A stretch of 64,000 nucleotides of DNA, taken from NCBI GenBank assembly GCA_964019335.1, contig OZ025692.1:1-64000 (forward strand). The letters are read 5' to 3'. This DNA is from Diplonema japonicum. Lineage: Eukaryota > Protista > Euglenozoa: Diplonemea. The stretch's first letter is position 1; each line of letters begins with the position of its first letter. Made by a program: the position numbers and the translations under genes. This document shows positions 37,301 through 52,300 of the stretch, in pieces. The notes beneath the pieces are model-generated. The model saw nothing but the letters and a program-made list of their open reading frames with translations. It was not told the DNA's origin and made no database searches.

Positions 37301-40300
37301 TCTGCCCTGTGAGCCGTACCGCTTGCAACTTGATGACAACATCAAAGGTCACACCCGTGTCGAAGAAGTATGGGTTAGGTTCACCATATAGGTCGAGGCA
37401 CACTCGCACGTCTCTGCGATGACTGTTCGTTTGTTCTTCAGTTAGGTTCATCCAAGCACCGTTGTTAATAAGCCCTCCTGCCGATGTCACATTGATTGGT
37501 GTGCGGTGATAGGTGTCGCTCATGTTGCAGTATGCTGCCAGCTTAATCTGCATGTGCTCGGCAACCAGAGATCCCTCGATGTAATGACTCGAAGTTGCAC
37601 CATACGGCACCACCACATGTGTCAGGGAGTCGATTGTGTTCAAGACCACAACTCCGATGTTTATAAGGGTATCTATGGGGAAGGACGACCCGTGGCTGTA
37701 CTCAGATACACATATTTTCAGCTTGAAGGGGTACCTCGTGTGGATCTCAGAGAGCTCGACCATTGCCTTCGTCCACCCGTTGTCTGTCTGGGAGAAATCA
37801 GACATGTGGGGGCGGCCATCCAAGTGTGTGAGTGCAATGGGGAGGTGAATGTCAGTGAGGTTGCTCAGTGAAGGCAGACAACTCTCCTGGAACGATACGC
37901 GCTGCCCCTTTGCCAAGCCATTTCCCTCAACAATTAATTCTGGTGTTGTGCCTTCATACAATAGTAGAGACTCTCCCAAGGTGAAGGTGTTGCTGTACGC
38001 TGTAACTGAAAGAAGGTTGATTACAAAATCAATAGTGAGCCACGTATCGAAGAACACGTCAAACGGCTCAGGATAGATGCTGAGACACACAGGAACCCTG
38101 AGCTCGTGCCGTTTGGACTGTGTTAATTCAAATGTGAACGTGATATTGCTGCTAATGTTCAAAGGTGTTGCCACCCCAGTCACGACACTGCTGCAGTTCC
38201 CCAAGGAGTTCATTCCTGTCTCAGCAAATTTAATTCTCATCTTCTCCCTGAGTCCTGTCCCCGACAGGGTGTGGGTCGTGATAGAACCATATGGCACTTC
38301 ACCTGTAGTGTTGTATGGGAGGCTGTTGGCGTACAACCCACTGATGCTGGCCAGCTCTACTACTCCGTATCGTATGCCTGTATCGATCGTGAAGTCCGAC
38401 CCAGAGGCAAACTCAGACAGGCACATTTGCCTTTCCGATAGTGCCACTTGCACGTGCTCCCACCCTAACTCCAGCTCACCGTAAGTGTCGCCTTGCAAGT
38501 TAACGATGAACAGGGGTGTTGCCTGTGGCTGGCTGCTGCTCGATGAATCAAAGAGCCATCTGCCACACTCAGTGAGCAGCGATATCCTGTGGTGAGCATA
38601 CAGCCCGTGGCCGATCACACTTACAGTAGTTGCATGCCCCACATAGACGAGGACCCTCTCACCTAGCACCTGTGCAGACGTGAATCGAGATTTTACAACA
38701 CCCCTTTTGAAAAGCCCATCCTGCATGAAGGGGAAGACGCTCCTCCCGTATAGCTTGCCGCCCCATGAGTACACGCCGTAGGTGCCTGCGTGAGAAAGGT
38801 CGATGGCCATGTCAGCTGTGAGCCCAGTATCGAAGAAGACGGAGTTTGGAGACGGCCACACTGCTATGCACACCTTGAGGCTCAAGTCATGTCGGTTGGT
38901 TTGGAACTCTGTTAAATTGAAGTACGCAGCTGATCCGTCTGAAGCAGCTACCTGCAGCTCCACAGGGTATTCACGAGACACATTGAACCCTATTTCACTA
39001 CTGGAACAGCTGTTGCTGAATTTTAGCTGCATCCCCTCGACTAGTCCCTCTCCGACTACCTCGTGTGCTGAAGTGGCACCATAAGGAACAACAAGTGACG
39101 TATTGCCTCCAACTGAGACTACTTCAACAATGCCGAAAAAGAAACCGCTGTCGATGGAAAAGTCGTTCCCTGTGCTGTACTCGGACAGGCACACACGCAG
39201 CCCACGATGCGCATAGGACACATGCTCATCAAGAAGGGCGACTTGCGCACGCCTATATGCAGTTGTTTCATGCCAGTGCGTGAGGTTAGTCATAAACACA
39301 GGTGAACAATGCCAGCACGACATATTTGCGTTCCCAGAGCATGCCTCTTGCAAACTTACCCTCTGATGGTTCTGAAAACCTCTGCCATGGATTGTCAGAA
39401 CAGGAGCATTGCCCTTGTATGTCAGTACCCGAGTTGGTGCAGCCGTTCGGGCCCTGGGGAATGCCCCCATAGGGTACCCTGCCTTGTCGTGCATTATCCA
39501 CCTATTGTCATGCATGTACCACTCGTTGGTGTCTATCTTATACTCATCAGGCACACCCCAGCTCCTCACCCACTCACCCCATGCGTACACGTACTCTATT
39601 GTGATTACAATGTCTATCGTCAAAGTCGTCTCGCTGAATTCAAGATGGGGAGACGGCCACACGTCTAAGCACACCTTAAGCCTGAGGCTGTGCCTATTTG
39701 TCTGCGTAGTCGTCATTCCTATGGCAGCTGCAAAGGAGTCCAAAGGAAACAATGGGGCACCTCTGGCCATCTCATCGTTTCCATATCTATAACGTGACTC
39801 TGTGGACCGCGGGTTGTACTCAATGGGGACAGGTGTTGCTAGCCCTGTGGACTCCGGCGTCCACCTGTCATAGCAGGTGCTGTCAGATGCAACAAACTTG
39901 ATTTGCATCGAGGTCCTGAGTCCAGTCCCGTTCAGAGGCAAGAGCACTGTCGAGCCGTATGCTATCTCGTTCGTCGTGTTGTAAGGGTGTCCAAAGGCCT
40001 TGGTGTTCAGGATGGCGTCCAGGCGCACAACACCTATGTAGAGGAGGGGGTCGACACCGAAATCGTCGCCCAACTCGTACTCAGAGATGCAGATCTTCTT
40101 AGCGAAGAATGGCACTGTTGTGTGTGATAGGTCCAAGAACAACTCAGCGTACTGGTGCGAAGTATCGTTCACCACGAGTGACATAGGAGTCCCATACGGG
40201 TAGGCTTCTTCATACACGTAGTTCATAGTAAATGGTGAAGATGACGCACGTTTCATTACTTCACTTGAGCGACTTGAGTTTGAGTTACAGAAGTCGTGTA

Positions 40301-43300
40301 TCACAGCACGGTGCCACGAGTACAAGCCCCTCCCTCGCACCTTGATGGTCGGCAATGTGTCGTAGTGCACAAGCACTGTGTCTGCATCAGGAAGTCCCGT
40401 ACCCCCCACGTAGTTGTCGTATGACGCCAAGTGTGTCGGTGTGATGGCAACGTCGATGTTCAGACCTGTATCTACAAATATATTACTAGGTGGAGGCCAC
40501 ACCCCAAAACAGATGCGCATTCCCAATGTGTGTTGGTATGTTTGATTTGTAGTCACTTGCACGAAAGGCATCCAATTAACTGGATAACCATGTGATGCCT
40601 GCTCCCCTTGCACCAGCACAGGAGACTGCAATCCCGTATTCATGCTTGTGCAAATCGAAGTGTACCGGTCGCTCTCCCTTTCAGTTTCTGTTATGGGCTC
40701 GAATTTTATCTGCATATGCTCCTTCAGGAACGTGCCTTCAAGGCCATGATAACTTGTTGCACCATAGGCAATCTCACGGGTGGTGTTGTAGGGGTGGCTG
40801 TAGTTTGCGAGGCCTAACATAGCTTTCAGCTCAGCCACTCCTACGAAAACTCTCGATTCGATAACAAAGTTTGAACCCGAAGAGAATTCAGAGATACAGA
40901 ACTGCCTCTTTACAAATGGTTCAGCAACATGCAAATCCTGCAGATCGATTGTTGCTTCTGTCGTTGTGTCGTTCAGCACCTCACTGTTCTCATGCAACAG
41001 CCATGACCCATCCCTCACCACGATGTCCATGGGCGCTTGGTCGAACGTGACGTTTGCATCACGCGTGCAGTTTTCAGCAATTTGTATTCTTTGTCCAGCG
41101 TACAAGCCTGTCCCCCTAACACGCAAGGTCTGTGTCTTCCCTCTATAAAGCCTGCTTGTACCTTCGTTGAAGGTCCACACTCCGTACGACTGAATAGACT
41201 TAATCTTGATAGCAAAGCTGACGTAGACACCTGTAGGGAAGAAGTAGGTGTTCGGGTAATCCCACATAGCCACACACATGTGGAGCCTAATGACGTGCCT
41301 GTAGGTCTGTGTCTGCGTGAAGGTGAAGACGCCCCTAGTGGTTATACCACTTTCTGTAGATACATTGAGTGGCGTATTGAAGCCGGTTGTGCCATACTCG
41401 CACACTTCCGAGAACTTCACTTGCATGTTGTCCCTCAGCCCGACACCATACAACGTGTGGTTCGAGGTTGCCCCGTACGGCACCTCCAGCAGATGTCTGG
41501 CACCGTACCTGTTAACCACGCTGCAGCACCCCGCCTCGACTGCTGAGATCTCTACAATACTCACCGCTATCCACGCCTCTCCGATACTGAAATCGCTGCC
41601 AGATGAATATTCTGAGAAGCACAACCACCTTAAGTCAAAGCTTTCCGCTACGTGCAGAGATGTCAAGTTGAGCTCTGCATATCTGTTCCACACACTCTCA
41701 CCGACGACGCTTGTCAGCGATAGGGCAGGCCCATATGCGAAGGAGCTGACGGACGAGGTACATGATGACAGAATTGCAGCTCTATGTGTGCTGAACAAGC
41801 CCCATCCCCAGAGCGTGACCGTCCCTGGGTAATCCTTTGCCATGTACACTGTTGTCTCATTCCTTCTGCTGATGGGAAATCCGTCAAAGCTTTGGTACGT
41901 GGGTTTCGCCCCCCAATAGTTCACAGGATACCCATTGTCATACTGCCCCGTACCCTCCTTTGGGTCGGGCATCAATGCCGTGCGTACCCTCACGCCCCAT
42001 GACTCGACTGTTAACGGTTGCACAAGGATTGACCACGTGAGACGTGTCTCACGCATTCGCTGTCCTGGTGCTGGCCACACGCTAATGCAGACAAAAAGGT
42101 TATGGGAGTGTCTGTACGACTGCGTCACCGTGAGATTCACATAACCAACAGTACCATTGTCTACGCTTGTGATGTTCATGGGGGTGGACAGTCCTGTCAC
42201 ACTGTCAGTGCATCCACCGTGCTCTAGTTTGATCTGCATGTCCTCGCGAAGACCGATACCGTGCAGCACATGACTAGACTCAGCACCGTATGGGACATGT
42301 AGGTGGGTCTTCTCGTCTATAGAGTGCAGCGCCACAATCACAACATCAATGAAAGTGTCGATGCTGAAGTCGTTGCCATTCTCGAACTCAGAAAGGCACA
42401 GGCGCTTCATGTCCACTTCCTCGTCAATATTAATCGAGATCAGTGAGAAATTCGCTTTGTGCGGACCGGTAGCACTAGTAAGATACATAGGTCGGCCCAT
42501 TCCAGACAGATTCGCAACAGGGCTGCAGTAGTCCTGTAGTGAGGCTCTGTGCCAGTTGTGGAAACCCAACCCTGACACGTCTACTTGCTGCGTGTCACCA
42601 ACATAGAAACGGAGTTCTTCCCCAGGGTGCACGCGTACATCAGGGTATGCATCACCACCGTCCACTTCTGCGTGGCTGAGCCTGACACCCAAGTCTACAT
42701 ATAGACCAGTGTCGAAGAACATGGTGCTTGGAGCAGGCCACACGCCCACACAGATGTGCTGCACGGCGTGTATGTACGACTGTGTAGTGGTCAACATGAA
42801 CTTAGCGGCCGCCCGTGTCCCAGTCACATTCATGGGGGATTCTGTGCCGTCAGTAGTTTCGTCGCAGTTGCCTTCGTCAAACTTGATCTGCATACCATCG
42901 ACGAGCCCTTCACCGTACAGGGTGTGCCACCCCGTTTCCCCATAGTTGATAGTGATCACCTTCATGTCGTCGACCAACCTTAGTATTGCCACAGACACGT
43001 ACAGCCCTGTCCATATCCTGAAGTCCCACCCGTCTGCGAACTCTGAAACACACAACATCTTCGAGTTGTATGGGACGCCCACTTGGAAAGACGTAGCGTC
43101 TATTTCAGCATAAGTGAAGCCGTCGCCCTCCTTCGTAAATGGATAGGGGTCTCCCACCCTAGCACCAGACGCATCGTATCTATTTGGGCGCAGCCTGCCA
43201 CTGCCAGGCGCCTGCAATGACGAAGGCATCCCTTCATAGTTCTTAAGTCCTTCTAGTGCCATTGGTAAACCAGCATTCGAAAGCATCACTGAGTCTGTGT

Positions 43301-46300
43301 CGTCAGTGCAGTTATCAAGGAAAGCCACTCTGTGATGGGCATAGAGACCTTGACCTACGAGCTGGATGGTGGTGGTGTTGCCGTAGTAAAGATACACAGT
43401 GGCAACCCGCCTTTGGTGCAGGTAATGCTGTGTAGAGTCATGCGATCCTCCAGAGGTAAGAGCATAGGAGTAGTCTACCATGTGTGCCACTGCAGGGCGC
43501 TCAAAGAAGTATGACGTGCCTGTAATGATATCGATGAAAGGGTCGACCGTAATGTTTGTTGTAAAGAACTTCACGCTTGGAGAGGGGTAAACGGCAATGC
43601 ACAGAGATAGTGTATGAGGCCAGGCATGCCTATTGGTTGCATACTCCGTGAATGTGAAGTTGCCTGTGGAATTCCAATCTCCCTGCACCACCATGGGCGT
43701 AGACTGCCCTGTTACATTCTCGCTGTCGCAGCCAAGACCCCACCAGTCCATGTACTTTTCAAGTTTCAACTGCATCCCTGTACCGATGATATTTCCAAAT
43801 ACTTTGTGCTGTGTCGTTGCACCATACGGCACAGGCAGCCTTGTAGCGTACAGCGATCCGTGTGGCCACTCAGTCAGCACCTCAACGGTATCAAGTTCAA
43901 CTACACCAAACCTCAGGTCCGTGTCAATCCTAAAATCTGAGCCGCTTTCATACTCTGACAAGCACAGTCTCAAGCGGTGCTCATGCCTCCCCAAAGCGCT
44001 GCTGACATGATGCGTCTCCATCAAAACCTCAGCACGCTGCCAGTCAAAGTCCCCGTTCTGCCCCCAGCCTGTGATATTATCGAACTTCATAGGCGCTGTT
44101 GGCGTGTAATCCACAACGTTCGCGGGATACTCACAGTAAGGCAGTATCGCTGCCCGTTGCCATGAAAAGAACCCCATCCCTTCCAATGTGATCGTGGGTG
44201 CGTAGCCAACGTACGTAAGCAACATGTCGCCCTCTGCTTCGGAACCAGCAATGATCCACTTGTCATAGGTGGATGCCTTTTCTACCTGTATTTTGATGGA
44301 GATTTCAACTCCTGTGTCGAAGAACACTCTGTTGGGAGCTGCGTACACCGATATGCACACTTTCAGCGGTGAATGCGTGTGCCTGTATGTTTGAGATACA
44401 GTGAGCTGGATATAAGCTCCGTGCCCACTGGGTGTTAAGACGCCCTTAGCGTGCTGATAAGCTCCCTTGTCTCCTTGGTTTAAAAGATAGGGGGGACCGA
44501 CTCCCCAGTTCCACGTGGGGCCCAGCCACGTCACATTAACTGGCTCCTCCCTTGTGTTCTGATGCCACATGTTATCGTCACAATGAGCATCGAAGTACAC
44601 TTGCATATCATCGCTGAGCCCTGTGCCAGCCAAGCGCAGGATGGGTGTGGCCCCGTAGGGTATGGTGTACGATGTGTTCCCATTGATGGTGTGCAGGGCA
44701 ACAATGTCAACATAGATGTTGGGATCAATTGTGAAGTCATTGCCTGAGGTGAATTCACTGATGCACATCTTCAGACCAGACACGGCATTTGCCACTTGCG
44801 TCCCTGAAGTCCACACGTTGGCGGTCTTCCTGTCAGAAGAAACGGGGCCTATCGTCATCGGGAAGTAGTTGCCTGCGTCACTATGAGTTACGTTGTCGAA
44901 GTTCGTGCAGTTTGGAAGAAAAGCTATCCTGTGGAAGTTGTCCAACCCATAGCCAACAAGGTCGATCTCTGTCGCATTGCCCTCAAAGATCTTCAGTGTG
45001 CCGCCAGGGTACACCCAATTCCCGTACGTTGCCACTTTACTTAAGACGATTTCAAAGGCTACTCTCAAACCAGTGTCCTCGAACCCTTCATTGGGATACG
45101 GCCACACAGACAGGCAGACCTTCAACCCCCTGACATGCCTATTACTCTGGGTCCTTGTCAACGTGAAATATGCCCCGTCGCCCTCGTCGCTATCTGCAGA
45201 GAACAGAGACACAGACGTTGAAAGGTCAGTGATGTTTGTATCGCACGTGTCGCTGAACTTCAGCTGCATGCCATCAAGCAGGACCAGACCAGAAGCATAA
45301 TGCGTAGCAGTGTCGCCATATGCCCACCATATGGTAGTTGCGTTGTCGAGCATGAGCAGCTGTACCACGCCGATGTCGATGCGTGTGTCGATCGAGAAGT
45401 CGGTGCCTGCGCTGTGTTCGGATAGACATAGTCTCATTCTTCTGATGGACTCGCTCAAATGATGAGTACCAGAAAAGTTGAGTTCCGCACGGTAGGCAGC
45501 ATCCTCCGCAATGTAGGGATACATGATGCTTGACCGGAGGTGGTCGTGCGTGTATCTCCATCCAGACCGTGTTGTTGCCGGACTTACGTACACCGGAGTT
45601 GACCGTCCCGTGAAAGTCTCTGTGACTTGGTTACTGCACCACAGGTCGTAAATAGACTTACCAGTTACCTCTCTAAGCAAGGCACGTTGCCACCAGAAGA
45701 AACCGTACCCGTACAAGACCACGCTGTGATCGTAGCCGATGTACAGAAACACCCTCTCGGGCCCCGCACGGGCCACCTTGTAGCCGTATGAAGAAGCCTC
45801 GTTGACCATGATTGCTATGTCAGCAACAAGACCTGTGTCGGCGAAGTAGGTGGCAGGAGACTCTTCCACAGCAAGACAGATCTTCATCGGACTTTTCGCG
45901 TCAACGGTTGCTGCGTCTTGAGTGCGAGAGTGCTGGAAGGTCTGTGTCTGCAGAAGATATAGCATTGAGGTCGACCGATCAGGCGGTGCAAAACCCACTG
46001 ACTGAGTCAGGTTGATGGGTGTCTCTAGACCTGTAACAGTCCTGTTGCAATCTGTCGAAAACTTAATCTGCATCCCGTCCTGAAGCCCTGTCCCGAACAA
46101 TGTGTGGTTAGAAGTGGCACCATATGGCACAGTCAGCATTGAGAAGTTCCCGTCAATACTAACAAGCTCAACAACAGTCACGTAAATAGCGTTGTTCGAC
46201 GCAAAGGCCATGGCAGTGTTGGCATCGAACTCATGAGCATGTAGCCTGTAATCTATTGTACCCTTCGAAACGCTGTCCTTCACCCCTAATGACACGCACA

Positions 46301-49300
46301 CTTCGCGCTTCCAAAACGCTTCAGCGACTGCGTCACTTGATATTGTGACTGTAGCTAGGGTTGTGCTTGATGGCACAATTGCCATAGGTGTTCCGCTACC
46401 CGTGATATTCGTCTGGTCGCTCCAATGCCGCACAACTTCACATGTCTCCAAAAATGCTATGTACTGATCCGAGTACAGACCCCACCCTATTACTGTCAGG
46501 GTCGGTGTGTAGCCCTTGTACACCTGTATCGTCATGTCCCTGTTCTTGTAGTTGTCTTCGTACCCAACGGAGTTCAAGATGACACCCACAGAGAACCTGT
46601 GTCCGCTGCTGAAGAACGATGAAGAAGGGTAAGGCCATACACCCACGCAGATGTCTAACTCTAATGCTTGCTGCTCGGTCTGGGCATAAGTAAGTTGTGC
46701 CCCTAGGGTCGTGCCACTGTCCCCTTGTATCGTGAATGGTGTCTCGAAGTTTGACACATTGGCAGATGTGCAGTCCTTGGCAAATTTGATCTGCATCCCG
46801 TCCCGTAGCCCCACGCCTTCGAAGGTGTGGTTTGCTGTGTCCCTGTAGGGGACAGATAGGTACGAGTAGTAGTAGTAGTCACGTGTTGTCGTTGTCCCAT
46901 CAATGGTGAGCAGCTCCACTACAGTTAAGAAGATTTTGTCAGTGAAAATGCTGAACAGCCACTGCACATCTGAGGCCTCGGCAACTGACATGCATACAGA
47001 CGCACGCTCATACGAGGAATTCGTGTGCTCCGTTGTTAAGTTAAGGTGCGCAGCGCTGTATCCAACGTTTGCGTCCCACGTCATTAGCGTTGAAATGTCT
47101 GACAGGAAAATAGGAGTCGCCTTCCCCTCGTTGAGCATAGTCTTTACTTCATTCCCGCACCCGTCAAGCTGCAGAGAAGCGCGGTGGTGGGACTCGAATC
47201 CCGACCCATTGAGCACAAGAGTTGGAGTCTGTCCGACATATACAAACACCTCTTCATTGTTCACGGCGGAGTAGCCGTACGAGGCGATTGACGTGATGTG
47301 CACGCCGATATCTGCAGTGAGGCCCGTGTCCTTAAAAGCAAGACTTGGGAAGGGATGCACACAGAGGCATATCTTCAAACCGTGTTCGTGTCGCCACGTG
47401 TTCTCTCGTGAAGGCACGAAGGCCGCTTCCTGGAATGACATTGACGATCTGTGGTCAGTGACGTTAGCAGGAGAGCTTGTGCTTGTCACGTTGCCATCGC
47501 ACGAGTAGCTGAACTTAACTTGCATCCCATTGTACAGCCCTGTTCCATTGACATGCAGCTCAGGCGACGAACCAAAGGCTAAGTGGATGTGTTCTAGCCA
47601 CTCGGGACCTAATGCTGCTTCTAAAGCAGCGGGTGTCGGGTGCCCTGCTACTGAAGCAAGCTCTGTCACTGTAACTGTCATCTGGCTGAACCAAATACTG
47701 AAGTCTTGTCCCTCAGCGTACTCACTCAAGCACACGTACCTTTTCAGGTATGCAACTGCAACGTGATCTTCAGTTATGTTAACCGTCGCAAGGGTGGTGA
47801 AGTACTGGTATTCGCTGCTATATTTCCAGTCGCCGTTTACAGTATACCACTTCCCATAGATACTTTTCGTGTACTGCATCCTTACAGGCTCGACGAACAT
47901 AGGTATTGCCTCTCGAGTGAGGTCATTGGCGTACGAGGAGCACGCCGTCTCTTGAAAGGAAACACGGTGCCACGCATAGAGCCCTTCACCCTTCACAGCA
48001 AGCTCAGTAGTGTAACCTTTCATGAGGCGGATGATGCTGTTGCTGTGGACGCTGTCGTCAAAGGGGAGTGCCTTTCGAGAGGGAAGCATCCTTGTTCCAC
48101 CTACCGAGAAGGCAGGGGTGGTGTATGACTCGTAAGACACCACTTCGTCGAAGCGTATCACAAGGGAGATGGTGATGTTGGTGTCTGCAAAATACGTATT
48201 CGGCTGTGGCCACACAGACAAACACACTTTCAAGTACTCTGCATGCTGGTACGTTTGCGTTGGGAGCAGTAGTAAGATGGGTTCCCCTGTGGCCGTGATG
48301 TTGATAGGAGTCTCAAGGCCGTCGATGGTCGCGTTGCAGCTCGTCGCAAACTTAATCTGCATGTTCTGCCGCAGCAGCACTCCACTGAGGTGCAGGACCT
48401 CATCGGTACCATAGGGCACTTCGACGTGAGTTGCATTGTTCACCGATACCAGCTCCACGACACCGTAAGCTATCCAGTTGTCGCTAAACACAGCTCTCTT
48501 CCCTGTCACATCGTGCGTTGGGAAACCCCCAATGTTGGGATCGTCTTCGTTTGAAGACTTCCCGAAGTCTGTGAAGAACTCTGCCGCAGGTATGTTGAAT
48601 CGGCCGTACTTGTTGTCAATCGCCGAGAAGCAGAACTGCAGCCAGTCGACAGCGGACGACGTGTGCCACGACTGCAGCTGCAGCCCTGCCTGTGTCGTAT
48701 CGTAGTAAGGATTAACAGCGTCACGTGAGTCATAAGAGTAGTTAAACGGCAAGACTGCCACAGACAGGGACTTGCCAGCAAGGGTAACTCCGGTAGTGCA
48801 TTTCTTCTGGAAAGACACGGACATCCATGGTCTAAAGCCTAAACCCTTCAGCGACAAGAGTGGTGTGGTGTCCTTGTAAACAAACACTTGATCGCCACGC
48901 AGGACCGTACTCTCCTCAGACGTTACGGAGTACGTAGAAACGCCTGACGTGAAGTACAACCCTGTGTCGAAGAACCAGGGGCTGGGGTACGCGTACACCC
49001 CGAGACAAACACGCAGCTCAATGGCTTGTCTAGCTGTCTGGTCTTCACGGACCTCCGTCCACAGAGTATTAGAGTAGTCCGAACCTTCTAGGGCTGAGTA
49101 GGATTCTGGTCCCGTTGGCGTATTGTTGGCTGTGGGGTTCCTGCTGTACCCTAAGCCCCACTCCATGTTGTGTGTCCGAGCCCAAAGAGGTTCATCGGGC
49201 CAGCTCTGGCTCTCACCAGTACCTTCACAATTAAGTGCAAATCGTATTTGCATGCCTGTCCGCAGCCCTGGCCCGTTAAACGTGTGGTTCGTGCGTGTCC

Positions 49301-52300
49301 CCCATCCCACCACAATGTACGTTTTGCTGTCGTCAATCGTCTCCAGCTCAACTACAGTAACATAAAAGGTGTCTAGTGTCGCGGAGAAGTCATTACCACT
49401 CTCGTACTGAGACACGCACAACACCATATCATCATAGTTCTCAACGGTGTGCACGTACCGCATCCGCAAATAAGCCCTGTCCACAGACACGTTGCCTGCC
49501 TTGTTGCCTAAGTCGGGGGTGTTATCACTCCTGTATGGAGTGTACGGGTCTGGCAGGAACGTAATAGGCTCATGTACGCCAGTGATGTTTGCACTGCTTG
49601 AGCAGCTCGAGTCCTGCAGTGACAGCCTGAAGTGATCGAAAAAGCCCGTCCCGTTGAGCATTAAAATGGGTGTTTGTTTCCTGTAAATGTACATCACCTC
49701 CCCGGGGCTCACTGTGTGCTCGTACACTTCGATCGTATTGATGCGTATTGTGAAGTCCACTCTGACGCCTGTGTCCACGAATATCTCGCTGGGAGACGGC
49801 CAGACTGCCATACACAGCTTCAGACCTTGTTCATGCCGCCAGCTTTGCACGTGTGTCCATCTCACGAGCCCAGAAGTGTCGCCTCGCGTGCGATGGAGCT
49901 TCCCCTCAGACCAGTAGGCAACCTCCTCAATAAAAGGATTGTCCGAGCCACTGATGTTAAAGGGCGTTCTGAAACCAGTAAATGGATATCCACAATCAGC
50001 AGTCGAACCAACGAATTGCATTTGCATGCCAGAAGCAAGCCCCGACCCAGTCAGTGCGTGGACAGTCATGTCTCCATACGGGAACTCAAGGTTCCAACTC
50101 CCATCCAGGAGCGTTAAGTTCACAGACACGATTTCAATATGCCAGTCGACCAAAAACTGCCAGTTGGAAGAGTACTCTGACAAGCACACCTTTTGTGTGT
50201 CAGACCATGGTGCATCGAAGCCCGTCATGTACTGGTCCAGCTCAGCCACTGCGGAGGTCGAACTGTCTGTTATCACCAGCGAAGTGGCGAAACCAGGCTT
50301 GCTGAGACTCTCCCCCGTCCCGGCAGTGAGGCCTGTACTTGGCTCCGGAAGCCCACGAACCCCGCAGTCTTGAAACACCCCAGCGCGTTCCCAGTCATAC
50401 AAGCCATGTCCTGTAAAGCTGATATTGGCAGCGTACCCCTTGTAGACACGAAGGGTCGCGTTTTGTGACTGAAGCCTAAACTCATCAGCACGTTCATCTG
50501 GGTATGTGGTAACCGGTAGCAGAGGGCCATCGAGCGAGGACGCCCAATTCACAACAATCAGAATATCAACCCGTAGCTGTGTCTCTACAAATGTGGCATC
50601 GGCATCAGCATACAATGCCAGACACGCCTTAAGATCTCGCCTGTGTCTCAGCGTGTGAGTTTGGGGTAGATAGAACCTCCCTGTCCTCCCACCGCCACTT
50701 CCTGTTGTGTCCTCGCCTATTGTCACATTGTAGACGTCCGTTAAGTTCAGCCCTTCTGCCCGCTCATCAGGACCCTGCTCTGTGCAATCGTAAAGGAACT
50801 TTATACGCATCCCCTCAACAAGGCCCACACCCTCTACTGGAATGTAGCCTGCCGTCCCGTAGTATGTCTCGAACCGCCTCTTGCCATCAACGAAGTCAAG
50901 GCTCACGATTTGCACATAGAGATCTGTCAGGAACATGAAATTGCTGCCGCTTGGTACCCTCGACAGGCACATGATGCTCCTCAAAGGTGCCGAGGCAGAG
51001 AATTGCGATCCTAGCAGCAAAGCCTTTGCAGTGCTTTTCACAGGCTGGGGTTGCGTAGTAACGTTCTGCAAAGTCATTGGTGCGTGCCAACCCGTGATTG
51101 GCGCTTCGGCCGAGCATCCACGTCCCACCTGCGACGGGTTCTCTGTCTGCAGCGAAATACGGTACCCATCTTCCAGGTTGAGACCTTGGAAACTGAGCCA
51201 AGTGTCGATGCCACGGTAGACGTACACTGTCCCGAGGGGACCTACTGTGATGTTGTTGACTGTTGCGTACTCAAGAATTGTCTCCAAAGTGATTGAATGC
51301 GTCTCAGTGACGGAATGCGTTTCAGAAAAGGTCTCCGTTGCAGTCGGCAGCGAAATTGATACTGTGAAGGTCTCAGTCGCGGTAGGTAGCGTCAGCGTGA
51401 ACGTCTGCGACAGCGTAAGAGACAGCGATTCCGTCGCAGAAGGAAGCGAAACAGATATAGTGAATGTTTCAGTGGCAGTAGGGAGGGTCAACGAAATGGT
51501 CTCTGTCTGACTTAAGGAGATGGTTTCCGAAAATGTGGGCAGTGTCAGTGAAATGGTCATTGTCAACGTTAAAGAAAAAGATTCTGTTGCAGTGGGAAGG
51601 GTGATACTCATTGTTTCTGTTGCCGTAGGGAGTGAAAGTGAGATTGTTTCCGTTGAAGTGGGCAAGGTTAACGTCTCAGTAGCTGTTGCAGTGGGAAGGG
51701 TCAAAGTGAATGTTACTGTTGCTGTGGGAAGCGTCAGCGTGAAAGTCTCTGTTGCGGTTGGAAGGGTGAGGGTAACAGTTTCTGTTGCAGTGGGCAATGT
51801 TAGCGTCAGGGTCTCGGTGCTTGTGGGGAGAGTCAGTGTGAAGGTCTCTGTCCCCGTTGGAAGAGTCAAAGTGAAAGTTTCTGTCGCTGTTGGGAGTGTC
51901 AAGGTGAAGGTTTCCGTCCCTGTTGGGAGGGAGAGGGTTACCGTATCTGTCGCAGTCGGGAGAGTCAGTGTAACGGTCTCCGTTGCCGTTGGCAAGGTCA
52001 GCGTGTGTGTCTCTGTCCCCGTTGGCAGTGTCAAGGTGAATGTCTCTGTCGCTGTTGGAAGCGTCAACGTGAACGTCTCAGTCCCTGTTGGGAGGGAGAG
52101 CGTCACAGTCTCCGTAGCAGTGGGAAGAGTCAGGGTTTCAGTCGCGGTGGATGTGGGAAGGGTCAGTGTAAAGGTCTCTGTCCCCGTTGGCAGTGTCAAG
52201 GTGAATGTCACTGTCGCTGTTGGAAGCGTCAGCGTGATAGTTTCAGTCCCTGTTGGGAGAGACAGAGTCACGGTTTCGGTCGCAGTGGGTAACGTCAGTG

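Noticed and set aside
10732-51510. Many short ORFs overlapping the giant CDS
   Set aside because: Antisense or off-frame shadows with no independent evidence.
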